A program made the translations under genes and the position numbers. Of a stretch of DNA of 64,000 bases, positions 54,914 to 63,998 are shown piece after piece (position 1 is the first letter of the stretch; every line of letters starts with the position of its first letter). Source of the DNA: Candidatus Bathyarchaeota archaeon (GTDB lineage: Archaea; Thermoproteota; Bathyarchaeia; Bathyarchaeales; Bathycorpusculaceae); contig JAOUPS010000001.1 in assembly GCA_029879735.1 (NCBI GenBank), forward strand, positions 18,831 through 82,830. The letters run 5' to 3'. Under the pieces are notes generated by a model. It did not search any database and was not told the DNA's origin. It worked only from the letters and a program-made list of their open reading frames with translations.

Positions 54914-54929
54914 GAAAAGGTGAACTGAT

Positions 54930-56222
54930 ATGAAAGTAAGCGACGTTTTATCCTATGCCTTCGGCGCAATACGACTGAGGAAACTTCGTGCAGGCTTAAC
55001 AACTTTAGGCGTAGTTATTGGAATTGCAGCTATCGTTGCCTTGCTTTCAATTAGCCAAGGCCTCCAAGATACTATAACTGAGCAGCTTCAAACAGGATTC
55101 GCAACTGACACGTTAATTGTTTCTGCTGGGGGAGGCTTCGGTATGGGTCCTGGCGCAATGACCGCAACTGAATCTGATTTCAAACTGTTAATTAATTATA
55201 CACAAATAATCAATGAACTAGAAAATGTTAGAGTGGCAGTGGCGATAATTCAAAAGGCAAGCTATGTTAAATTCGGTGAAAGAGAATTTATACTCACCAT
55301 AGTAGGTGTGAATTTCACCAAATATACAAACATTTACAGCAGCACCTTTGTAGCTGAAACTGGAGAAATACCCCTAGATCCGGAAAACGAGACGGTTGTA
55401 GTTGGAAAAAGGGTTAGTGACCCTTGGAAGAATGGAACATCATTCTGTGACGTAGACGACACCGTTGAGATCATTTGGACTAACGCAAGCAGACTCCCGC
55501 CGAAAAATGAAACTTATGTTGGCCATGTTGCGGCTGTTCTTAAGGAGATTGGAGGCTTCAGCCTCACCGGACCTTCGGACTTTAGTGTTTACATTCCAAT
55601 TTCGCAAGCTCAAAGTTTCTTTGGAACTGATGAATGTGATATGATAATTGTGCAGTTAGAAAATGATGATGAGGCAACGATTGAGAGTGTTTCTGAAGCC
55701 ATAGACGAGGCTTTTAGCGGCCAAGTTTCAGTGACTTCTTCAACTGCTGTGCTTGACATCATTTCAAGCGTTTTCTCGACCGTAGAAATTTTCTTAGCTG
55801 GGATTGCCGCAATCTCACTTTTGGTGGCTGGCATAGGCATAATGAACATTATGATTGTTTCTTTGATGGAGCGTACGAGAGAGATAGGTATACTGAAAGC
55901 TTTGGGCATGAAAAGTCGAACGGTGCTTTTGATTTTCCTAAGCGAAGCGGTGATAGTTGGTTTGATGGGTGCAGCATTTGGCATAGCTTCAGGTTGGGGT
56001 TTAGCAAACGTAGTTGCAAGAGTCTTTAGTGGAGGCGGAGGGTTTATGGGAGCAGGAAATCACGCGGCAGCCGCAGGTAGAATGACCATAACTCCTGTCT
56101 TAACTCCAACGGTGTTCCTAGGTGCCCTAGCTTTCGGCTTAATAGTCAGCGTAATCTTTGCACTTTATCCAGCTTGGCGAGCTTCAAAACTCAAACCAGT
56201 AGAAGCTTTAAGATACGAGTGA
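54930..56222 (+). CDS. ABC transporter permease, FtsX/MacB-type with large extracytoplasmic domain
   Basis: N-terminal TM helix, a ~230-aa external domain, then three TM helices with the MERTREIGILKALGM motif. Confidence 0.85.
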   Translation: MKVSDVLSYAFGAIRLRKLRAGLTTLGVVIGIAAIVALLSISQGLQDTITEQLQTGFATDTLIVSAGGGFGMGPGAMTATESDFKLLINYTQIINELENVRVAVAIIQKASYVKFGEREFILTIVGVNFTKYTNIYSSTFVAETGEIPLDPENETVVVGKRVSDPWKNGTSFCDVDDTVEIIWTNASRLPPKNETYVGHVAAVLKEIGGFSLTGPSDFSVYIPISQAQSFFGTDECDMIIVQLENDDEATIESVSEAIDEAFSGQVSVTSSTAVLDIISSVFSTVEIFLAGIAAISLLVAGIGIMNIMIVSLMERTREIGILKALGMKSRTVLLIFLSEAVIVGLMGAAFGIASGWGLANVVARVFSGGGGFMGAGNHAAAAGRMTITPVLTPTVFLGALAFGLIVSVIFALYPAWRASKLKPVEALRYE

Positions 56223-56225
56223 AAA

Positions 56226-56825
56226 CTACCGTTTTTCCTGTTTTTCTTTCCAAAAGGAGATGAACCATGGTGCGCTTAGAACTAAGCCTATTGGAATTAC
56301 GATTTCTGCTGTCATGAGCATTTTCCTGCTTGGCGCAACTAGGTTGATCATTGATATCTGGCTTCTGTACGTAACCGTCGCGTTGCCATAATTAGCGAAG
56401 ACTAGTACTGCTTGTTCAACCATTGTTGGTATGTATTCAAATTCAACTTCTCCTGTAATGTTTCTGAGGTAAGAGATTATGTCAGAGTGGTTTCCGAAGA
56501 AAGCTTCCAGCATACTTGTTTTCCACATTCGAGAATAGTCTCCTGCTGGAGTGTTGTTGTAAAGCCAGTTTGATATATAGCTATAATTTGATTGTACCAA
56601 GTAAATCGTTAACTCGTCGCTGGAATTCACTGCCACACGTATGCCTCGTTGTGGATTAAGCATAAATGAAGGCCCAGAAAAGAAAAAACGTGAAGGCTGA
56701 AGCGTTGAACCGTATGCGGAATAAGTTTGTTCTCGTGCGGGTATAAGTGAGATGAGCAGTAGGGCTAAGCCCACAGACATTAAAACTGTTCCAATTCTTC
56801 CAACCAGCACGGTCCATCGGCTCAT
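56226..56825 (-). CDS. hypothetical membrane-anchored protein (N- and C-terminal TM helices)
   Basis: Last gene of the ABC-2 operon, overlapping the permease gene by 4 nt. No family motif recognised. Confidence 0.5.
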   Translation of the reverse strand: MSRWTVLVGRIGTVLMSVGLALLLISLIPAREQTYSAYGSTLQPSRFFFSGPSFMLNPQRGIRVAVNSSDELTIYLVQSNYSYISNWLYNNTPAGDYSRMWKTSMLEAFFGNHSDIISYLRNITGEVEFEYIPTMVEQAVLVFANYGNATVTYRSQISMINLVAPSRKMLMTAEIVIPIGLVLSAPWFISFWKEKQEKR

Positions 56826-57625
56826 AGGCTAAGCCTCCTGCAGAAGTATACATAACTAATCGAGAACATGACTGCCACCAGTGCAAACGCACCTCCCACA
56901 TACCATAACACTTCATTGAAGCTCGGAGTCCAAGAACCAGCTAAACCAGTTGAAAAATAATGTTGCTGAAGCGCGAGAGCTGGATTAATTACAGCGATTA
57001 TTTGAATAGGCCAAGCTGAACCAGTGACAAATGCGATTACGGTTAGTATTCCGTTGACAACTCCTATAGCGAAGTATAGGATTATTCCGAAAACTAATGC
57101 TAAACCGCCTCTTTTAACTTTCAGAGTCATCAGTAGTAAGACTGCTGCTAAGAAGAGTGAATAACCGATGTTTGCCGAATAAGTTAGAAGCACTGTGCCA
57201 ATGTAATTGGAGATTATGTCTGGTGCAAGTAGGTAGAGTGCTGAGATTTGTATTCCAAGAAATATCAAGAGAGCTACAACTATTGCTGAAAGAAGCTTAG
57301 CTGTAAGTATAGAACGCCTTTTAAGCGGATAAGAGAAGAATGTTTGGATCGTTCCTTTTTCCAGATCATTTCCAAGTCCATAAGCTATATTTTTGAAAAT
57401 CAAAATTATAAAGATAAATATCGGAAATCCCATTAACGACGTTACCATCGTATAAGCTACTTGCTCATTCGTGACACCTCCATACGTCTGAAAACTCACG
57501 AATATGAATGTTCCCAACGTGTATAGAAATGTGAAGAGTTCGAGGATTGGAAAACGGTAATCTTCTTGTAATGTTGAAGCAAAAATTTCTAGGAATGGTT
57601 TACCCTTATGCTCAGTTTTCTCCAT
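56822..57625 (-). CDS. ABC-2-type transporter permease
   Basis: Six predicted hydrophobic spans, immediately downstream of the ATPase gene. Confidence 0.7.
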   Translation of the reverse strand: MEKTEHKGKPFLEIFASTLQEDYRFPILELFTFLYTLGTFIFVSFQTYGGVTNEQVAYTMVTSLMGFPIFIFIILIFKNIAYGLGNDLEKGTIQTFFSYPLKRRSILTAKLLSAIVVALLIFLGIQISALYLLAPDIISNYIGTVLLTYSANIGYSLFLAAVLLLMTLKVKRGGLALVFGIILYFAIGVVNGILTVIAFVTGSAWPIQIIAVINPALALQQHYFSTGLAGSWTPSFNEVLWYVGGAFALVAVMFSISYVYFCRRLSL

Positions 57626-57628
57626 GGT

Positions 57629-58555
57629 TTACACCTTCTTGTTTTCGTTTGTAACAACAAGTCTGTACAGTTCCTCTAGTGATGCGCTTCCAGTTTCTAT
57701 TCCAAGAATCTTAGTTTTAGCTTTTTTAGCAAGTTTGGCAGCATCCTCATAGAGATTTTCTTCCTCACCTTTCGCAGTGCGAACAGAGATTCCGCGTGCA
57801 TCAGTTTTAATGTTTTCAATGTAAGAGAGTTTTTCAAGTTCAGCAGCCAACTTTTCAGGTTTTTCCACATTGATTCTTATTATTTCCGTAGCGTATTTTT
57901 CATAGAGTTCTGAAAGCTTTCCGGCAGCGTAAACCTTGCCCCGATTAATTATCGCAACAGAATCGCACACTCTGCTTAGTTCAGGAAGAATATGGGATGA
58001 AAGAAGAAACGTGGTTTTCTCTTTTTTGTTTATATTCACCACCAAGTCCAGCAGCAAGCTTCTTCCTTCCGGGTCAAGATTTGCAGTCATTTCGTCCGCC
58101 ACAATTAGCTTGGGCTCATGAATTATCGCGTGAGCAATAGCAAATCTCTGAAGCATACCAGCGGATAAGGCTTTGATCTGCCTATCATAAGCATCTTCTA
58201 AGCCGACTAGACCTAAAACTTCATGTGCTCTTGCTTCGGGTATGCCGAAAATTCTGCAAACTCTTCTAATATAATCCAGCACCTTCTGATAAGATGGAAA
58301 ATAAGCTTTTTCATGGACGACACCTACTAATTCTCTTAAATAAGGGTTGTCCCATGGTTCTTGACCGAAAACCTCAACGTGACCCCTGTCAGGTTTCAGT
58401 AAACCCAAAACAATTTTAATGGTGGTTGTTTTTCCTGCACCGTTGGGGCCAATTAAACCAGTGATGGCGCCCTCTTCGACATTGAGGTATAAACCGTCAA
58501 CCGCAACCACCCTACCGTATTTCTTCACCAAGTCCTCGGCAACGATCAAGCTCAT
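57629..58555 (-). CDS. ABC transporter ATP-binding protein (ABC-2/DrrA-like)
   Basis: Walker A GPNGAGKTT, signature LSAGMLQR, Walker B IVADEMTANLD. Confidence 0.9.
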   Translation of the reverse strand: MSLIVAEDLVKKYGRVVAVDGLYLNVEEGAITGLIGPNGAGKTTTIKIVLGLLKPDRGHVEVFGQEPWDNPYLRELVGVVHEKAYFPSYQKVLDYIRRVCRIFGIPEARAHEVLGLVGLEDAYDRQIKALSAGMLQRFAIAHAIIHEPKLIVADEMTANLDPEGRSLLLDLVVNINKKEKTTFLLSSHILPELSRVCDSVAIINRGKVYAAGKLSELYEKYATEIIRINVEKPEKLAAELEKLSYIENIKTDARGISVRTAKGEEENLYEDAAKLAKKAKTKILGIETGSASLEELYRLVVTNENKKV

Positions 58556-58698
58556 TATCTCTCAACCAATCTTCTTGCTTACTATAAAAGCGATATAAAA
58601 AAGCTTCTGAAAACAAAATCCGCTAAAATGCTCCCTCGCATGTGCCTGAACAAATTTAAACAAAACCTGTACATATCATATCAAAAGGTGCAACGCTG

Positions 58699-59145
58699 TT
58701 GAATCGACTGTATCCAGAACGGCCACTCGTAGGAATAGGCGCGGTCATAATCTGCAATGATAAAATTTTGCTTGAAAAAAGAAAGGGTGAGCCCGGAAGA
58801 GGCAAATGGACTATTCCTGGCGGCTTAGTGGAATTAGGCGAGGATACTGAGCAGACGGTGATAAGGGAAGTTAGGGAAGAAACCAACCTTAGAGTTGAAA
58901 AGCCCGAACTCGTTGATGTTGTCGACAGCAAAACTGTGGATGAGAATGGCAAGATAAAGTATCATTTTGTGATAGTTGACTATTTTGTGAAACTTAAAGG
59001 TGGGACGCTTAGGGCCGCGGATGACGCGGCAGAATTAAGATGGGTTCCATTTGACGAAGTGGAAAACTACGATTTAACAAAAAGTTTTAGAGAGTTCTTC
59101 CAGAGAAATAGGCAGGAACTAGAAAGGTTTAACTCATGTCCTTGA
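58699..59145 (+). CDS. NUDIX hydrolase
   Basis: Nudix box GGLVELGEDTEQTVIREVREETNL. Confidence 0.85.
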   Translation: MNRLYPERPLVGIGAVIICNDKILLEKRKGEPGRGKWTIPGGLVELGEDTEQTVIREVREETNLRVEKPELVDVVDSKTVDENGKIKYHFVIVDYFVKLKGGTLRAADDAAELRWVPFDEVENYDLTKSFREFFQRNRQELERFNSCP

Positions 59146-60589
59146 AGAATAACCTTGTTTCTCCCATGGTTTTAACGTCTAAAGCTTTGACTTTGGCAAC
59201 CATTGGAAAGTCTTTCACGATTTTTCCGAGCGCCAAACAGTAGTGTGGTGGCAAATCTCTAGCAATAGATCTGACTGTCTCTGCGTCTACCCTAGAGGCC
59301 CGCGAAATAACTTCTAAATCCTGTTCGTTTGTGAAGTTGAAGAGGAATATGTTGTCCGCTTGGCGGTATATGTTTTGGCGGATTGTGTCTGGCTGGTTGG
59401 TTATGAACGTTGTGAATATTCCGAAATGTCTCATTCTTGTTACAATGTCATCCCAATAGGTTTCACGCAGGTAAAGATGCGCTTCCTCGGCAAAGAGAAA
59501 GATAGCCTTAAGTTTCCAGCTTGTTAGCAGGTCAACAAGTTTTCCAAGCAGGTATTCAACAACTATCTGACGGTCGATAGAGGAAGTGTTTCGCAAGTTT
59601 ATTATGATGGCGCCGCCTTCGTTTTTAGCCCTGAATAGGCCTTCTTCCAGAAGAATGGCTTCGGCAACATTGTCTGTGAAAAAGCCGGAGTTGACTAAAG
59701 CATGATAGCGCGAGAAAAGGGCGTCGCGGACATGGTGGTTGCAACGGCAGTTGCGTATGGCTTCGCCTAGTTCATGTAAGGTAAGGTTGTCTCTTTCTTT
59801 TAAGGATCGCCATATACGCCTAAACTCGCGAGCGGATGTTCCGGGCAGATGGAGTGCGTGGATGAGGATGTTCAGTAAAACACGTAGGTGAAGCTGTTTT
59901 AGGGCAGCCTTGAAGTTTTGAGAAGGAGTCAGAACATGAATCTTGTTGTAGTAAGCGTTTCTTTTTCCGTCAGATGTCATACCTAGGCTTATGTATTCCC
60001 CGTTTAAATCGAAAACAACCACGGTAGCCCCATACCGTACTAGGTTGAGCATCAAAAGTTTGGATAGATGAGATTTACCGGTTTCTTTCTTCCCAGTTAT
60101 TATGTTTAGTCTCCCATCCAAGGATGAAGCATCTATGGTGAGAAGCATAGAATCCTTCGTGCCGCCTAAAACTATTGGAAGTTTCCCATCAATTTTTGCG
60201 AGTTTGAGCAGGGTGGGGATTTGTAACTTCTTTATTGTTGATTGGGAGCGGGAGGGAAGCCATGAACTGGTTGGGCTTAAGCTTTCGTTTTCTGCTGTTG
60301 CGCGGATCTTGCATGTGAGGAGCCTTGCATCCTGAATATATGTGATGTGGGGTGCAATTTCTAAGGGATCGAAGTCTTCGCCCTGCATGAGTTCTCCGCC
60401 GTCTGGAAGGCTGCGGAGTAATTCTTCCAAGATTCCTGGGATGTTTGCGAATTGCACGTCAATTACTTGTACGATTAATGCCTTTCCAGGGTCGCCATCT
60501 TCAATGAGTAGGTAGTCGCCTTTCTCTACGGTTTCATTTGGGAAACTTAGAATCTGGATGATGTTGCCCTCTTTCTTGTAGAGCTTCAT
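59129..60589 (-). CDS. herA: HerA-like (FtsK/HerA superfamily) ATPase with N-terminal HAS-barrel-like domain
   Basis: Walker A ITGKKETGKSH and Walker B-like IFLFAEEAH. The N-terminal barrel pattern is GNIIQILSFPNETVEKGDYLLIED...LIVQVIDV. It overlaps the NurA-like gene by 4 nt. Confidence 0.65.
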   Translation of the reverse strand: MKLYKKEGNIIQILSFPNETVEKGDYLLIEDGDPGKALIVQVIDVQFANIPGILEELLRSLPDGGELMQGEDFDPLEIAPHITYIQDARLLTCKIRATAENESLSPTSSWLPSRSQSTIKKLQIPTLLKLAKIDGKLPIVLGGTKDSMLLTIDASSLDGRLNIITGKKETGKSHLSKLLMLNLVRYGATVVVFDLNGEYISLGMTSDGKRNAYYNKIHVLTPSQNFKAALKQLHLRVLLNILIHALHLPGTSAREFRRIWRSLKERDNLTLHELGEAIRNCRCNHHVRDALFSRYHALVNSGFFTDNVAEAILLEEGLFRAKNEGGAIIINLRNTSSIDRQIVVEYLLGKLVDLLTSWKLKAIFLFAEEAHLYLRETYWDDIVTRMRHFGIFTTFITNQPDTIRQNIYRQADNIFLFNFTNEQDLEVISRASRVDAETVRSIARDLPPHYCLALGKIVKDFPMVAKVKALDVKTMGETRLFFKDMS

Positions 60590-61671
60590 GAACGGCTTTC
60601 ACCTTTACCGAAGGGTCCAAACAAAAGCCTGTGCATATCTGGTCTATTGATGATTTTGAGATTGTACTTGTGTGCGATGAAGTGTTGAATGGCTATGACC
60701 TCGTTCGCTGTGAAAGTGCAGAAGATATGAGCTAAACGTAGAGTTTCAGGGTAGCTTTGTGAAAATAGGTCGTTTCCTAAAAGCTTCTCAACGGGTTCTA
60801 TTTTCCGATCGAGGGAGACTTCCTTGTCGATGTCGAGTCTAAAGGCATAGTTTCCCTTGGTCAGTCTAGCTACGTAAACATCACCCAGCAATACAATTGG
60901 AGGCTTAGGCTTCAAACCAGCTATCTCAAACAGATAAGGCGGCTTATATCCAAGCAGCACATCCGTCACGAGATACCCGTTAAACCTTAGACTTGTCATT
61001 TTTGAGAAAGCCAAAACAACGTTGCCTTTTTTCCTCGCATTGTCCAAGATTTCCTTCATGCGTTGTGTTGGGGTGCCAGCAATTCCAGACGTTAAGGAGC
61101 CGTCAAAAAGAATTAGACCATTAGTTACCGTCCTTGAAAGCATTACTTGCAGCCACCTTTCGAGAAGGCTTGCTATCCGCATCGGCATCTGAAAAAGGCT
61201 GGGTGAGCTCTGGCGGTTGTGCTCGTGCGGAGAGTTGAAGTATGCCCTTTGCAATGCGTTGTATACCTCTTTTTTGTTTTCCTCTGTTATGTGGAAGATG
61301 AATGGTCCAAGCCTTAGGTATCTGTAGTTTCTTTTCTGTTTCCAGACGCTTGCTCCTCTAACTGCTATTACTATGCCTTTGCTTGTTTCACCGATTTTTA
61401 TGCTGGAGGTGTCGACAGCTGCAACAACTGTTTCTTCTGGTCTTGGCTTTAGTGATATGGGTTGCAGTTCAATTCGCGTGGTTGGTATTTGCTCTTCCAA
61501 GTTATTGTCTTGTTGAAAAATTTGTTGATTTAGTTGAGAGGATTGGTTTTGCACGTGCTTGAGTGAGTGTATGCTTAGCTCTATTAAGCGTTGGGGTAAT
61601 GATGCGTCTATGGTGGGTTGTGGAAAATTATATTTGGGTGTTGTTGTAATAGTTAGTTGTTCAATCAACAT
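60586..61671 (-). CDS. nurA: NurA-like nuclease
   Basis: VVAAVDTSSIKIG and LILFDGSLTSG acidic motifs are typical of the NurA domain. It is translationally coupled to the HerA-like gene. Confidence 0.55.
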   Translation of the reverse strand: MLIEQLTITTTPKYNFPQPTIDASLPQRLIELSIHSLKHVQNQSSQLNQQIFQQDNNLEEQIPTTRIELQPISLKPRPEETVVAAVDTSSIKIGETSKGIVIAVRGASVWKQKRNYRYLRLGPFIFHITEENKKEVYNALQRAYFNSPHEHNRQSSPSLFQMPMRIASLLERWLQVMLSRTVTNGLILFDGSLTSGIAGTPTQRMKEILDNARKKGNVVLAFSKMTSLRFNGYLVTDVLLGYKPPYLFEIAGLKPKPPIVLLGDVYVARLTKGNYAFRLDIDKEVSLDRKIEPVEKLLGNDLFSQSYPETLRLAHIFCTFTANEVIAIQHFIAHKYNLKIINRPDMHRLLFGPFGKGESRS

Positions 61672-61760
61672 GATTCACCAATAACCAGTTGTTGGGGTGG
61701 GAAATATTTAAATGTTGTGCATGTACAAGATGTACAATTCAATAAACAATAGGTGAAAAG

Positions 61761-62159
61761 TTGACAGAAAAAGAGGCAAAACCACCGATACGCGTGAAGA
61801 TGAAGATAGGAGAAATAGAGTTCGAAATAGAGTGCCAAGAAGAACAACTCCAAGCAACAGTTGACAAAATTCTCTCGACAGTAACTGAAAGACTGAAGGG
61901 GACATCATTCTTAACTGAAAGAGCCGCGCCACCACCAAGAGCAGAAACATGTAAAGGCTTAATCCAAAAACTTTGGGAAGAGAGATGGTTCGCAACATCT
62001 AGAAACCTAGGCGAAGTACACAGTGAAATGGCAAGGCGAGGTTTTCACTACGACCGTACAGCAGTAGCCCACGCACTAATCGACCTAGTCAAAGACGGAA
62101 TACTAACAAGAGAAGGAAAACCGAGAAGGTATCAATACGCCCAGAAAAGGCCGCCGTAA
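61761..62159 (+). CDS. winged-helix DNA-binding protein with small N-terminal domain
   Basis: The C-terminal wHTH pattern is NLGEVHSEMARRGFHYDRTAVAHALIDLVKDGILTREGKPRRYQY. It is divergent from the NurA/HerA pair. Confidence 0.5.
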   Translation: MTEKEAKPPIRVKMKIGEIEFEIECQEEQLQATVDKILSTVTERLKGTSFLTERAAPPPRAETCKGLIQKLWEERWFATSRNLGEVHSEMARRGFHYDRTAVAHALIDLVKDGILTREGKPRRYQYAQKRPP

Positions 62160-62200
62160 CCCGTTGAGTTTTAACGTTTTTTCTTCAGACTTTCAGAATT

Positions 62201-62211
62201 CTAGCGCGCGC
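62201..62211. repeat. CTAG-(CG)3GC motif locus
   Basis: ttCTAGCGCGCGCcgac, between the convergent wHTH and flavodoxin-like genes. Confidence 0.9.
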
Positions 62212-62216
62212 CGACT

Positions 62217-62759
62217 TTATCCCTTAACTAACCGTCTGCCCGCCTTTTCCAACATCTCAAGCTTATGGTCTTTCGAGAATCGAGTTACTGGAACCAGGTC
62301 GAAGATGTTGAATCCGAGCCTTCTGAGATAGTCTTCGAGATTGTAGAGGGCACGGACTACACCTCGGCCGCTTCCACCAGCCGAGGCTATTCCGATGGCC
62401 TTCTTACCCATAAAAGTCTTAAAATCTCTACCAGTTTCACATCGGCGGAGACGGTCTAGAAAGACCTTAGCGGACTCGCTGAGGTCATGCCAGTATACCG
62501 GGGTAGCGAAGATTAGAGCATCTGATTTGGCAATCTTTTTCGTCAAATTCTGGAAATCGTCTTCGAGGATGCATGCTCCTTTCTTCCTGCATTCTCCCCA
62601 TCCGTCTTCACAAGCGATACATGGCTTTATGTCTAGCCTGTTTAGGTGAACGAGCTCAGTTTCCCCACCTTCAGCCTCAACACCTTTAAGGACAGCTTGA
62701 GCAAGACTAGAAGTCAACCCATCTAAATTGGGACTTGACTGAATAGCAATAGCCTTCAT
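62217..62759 (-). CDS. flavodoxin-fold NAD(P)H-dependent FMN reductase/iron-sulfur flavoprotein-like
   Basis: MKAIAIQSSPNLDGLTS N-terminus, a Cys cluster CIACEDGWGECRKKGAC, and the ATPVYW motif. Confidence 0.75.
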   Translation of the reverse strand: MKAIAIQSSPNLDGLTSSLAQAVLKGVEAEGGETELVHLNRLDIKPCIACEDGWGECRKKGACILEDDFQNLTKKIAKSDALIFATPVYWHDLSESAKVFLDRLRRCETGRDFKTFMGKKAIGIASAGGSGRGVVRALYNLEDYLRRLGFNIFDLVPVTRFSKDHKLEMLEKAGRRLVKG

Positions 62760-62842
62760 ACTAGCGACCGGAAGCTAAGAGATGAAAGGCAATAAAAAAC
62801 GTTGCGCCATTTAAAGAACTACTTAATTATGGTAGCATAAAT

Positions 62843-62852
62843 CGCGCGCTAA
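62843..62852. repeat. (CG)3C-TAA motif locus
   Basis: atCGCGCGCTAAaag, upstream of the flavodoxin-like gene, in inverted orientation to the 62201 locus. Confidence 0.9.
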
Positions 62853-62921
62853 AAGTGTAAACTTTATAAACACATTTTGTGCTACCTTCGAATTAAAATA
62901 GCTTTTAGGAGTTAAAGAAAC

Positions 62922-63383
62922 GTGGGTGAAGGAAGCTGGAGTCCTCCCAAATGGATTTTTAGAGACAGACGACCTCCGAAAGATGACAACTATTTTGCAA
63001 ATATGACTAGAGTTGTCTTTCTGGCAGGTTTAAGTTGGAAATTGATTGAGAAAAAGTGGCCTAACTTCAAGAAAGCTTTCAAGAACTTTTCCATACCTGA
63101 TGTTGCTAGGTTCGACGAGAAGGACTTGGAGCGACTTGTTAGAGATGCGGGCATAGTGAGGAATCGAGCAAAGATAATTGCAACAATCAATAATGCAAAG
63201 CAATTTCAGGAGATCAGAAAAGAATACGGATCTTTTCAGTATTATCTAGACAACCTTGATAAATCTAACAATTATGCTTTAGTAATCAAGGAACTCGGCA
63301 AAAAATTCAATCGAATAGGGCCTTCTTCAGCACGCATCTTCCTCTACAGCGTCGGAGAAAACGTAAAGCGCCCAATGGAATAA
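62922..63383 (+). CDS. tag: DNA-3-methyladenine glycosylase I-like
   Basis: FLAGLSWKLIEKKWPNFKKAF, LVRDAGIVRNRAKIIATINNA match the Adenine_glyco family. The canonical zinc-ligand ends are not obvious. GTG start. Confidence 0.7.
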   Translation: MGEGSWSPPKWIFRDRRPPKDDNYFANMTRVVFLAGLSWKLIEKKWPNFKKAFKNFSIPDVARFDEKDLERLVRDAGIVRNRAKIIATINNAKQFQEIRKEYGSFQYYLDNLDKSNNYALVIKELGKKFNRIGPSSARIFLYSVGENVKRPME

Positions 63384-63497
63384 CTAGAAAACCTCACGCG
63401 CAAGTTTAGTCAAAGCCTCCAATTAGCGCCCGCGGAAAATCCGACTTCATACACCTTTTTGAGCGGTAAACGAACCGCTTCTGAAAAGAAAACCAGC

Positions 63498-63998
63498 CTA
63501 GCTGCCAATCTTTAACTTAATCCTCGGAAGAAAATCCTTCTGTATCTGAATGACCCCAAAAGTTGTAATTCTATATTCTCCATCAGCGGTTTTTGTTACC
63601 AATTCGCTTTTGGCGAGTTCGCCTAGGCGTGTGCTCGTGATTTTTGCAGTTTTTCCAAGTTTGGCTTGGAGTTCTTCCCTTGAAACAGCATCGCTCTCCA
63701 CTGTGCCTAATTTATAGCCTACGTAACCTGCTAAAAGCTGCAAAGCCAAAGTCTCGTTGTCCGTCAGCTTATCCCTTGAAACAAGCAGGTGGGGGCCTTC
63801 CTCTGTAAAAGCAATGATGTTTTCACATTCTTTGATGAGTTCTTGCAAATCCACTGTTAAGACTAGTTTCTTTGAAATCTCAAAGGCTGGAATGAATTCG
63901 CTGAAAAACTTGTTTACGCTTATCCAAACGTCATTGACGCAGCCAGAAAAGGTTTCCTCAAAATCTTTGTACTTGATTTGAACTGTGATCTCGTCCTC
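63498..63998 (-). CDS. winged-helix protein, paralog-like of 61761..62159; 5-prime partial (runs off the window)
   Basis: The frame stays open upstream of the track GTG start to the window end (EDEITVQIKYKDFEETFSGCVNDVWISVNKFF...). The C-terminal wHTH pattern is REELQAKLGKTAKITSTRLGELAKSELVTKTADGEYRIT. Confidence 0.5.
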   Translation of the reverse strand, partial: EDEITVQIKYKDFEETFSGCVNDVWISVNKFFSEFIPAFEISKKLVLTVDLQELIKECENIIAFTEEGPHLLVSRDKLTDNETLALQLLAGYVGYKLGTVESDAVSREELQAKLGKTAKITSTRLGELAKSELVTKTADGEYRITTFGVIQIQKDFLPRIKLKIGS

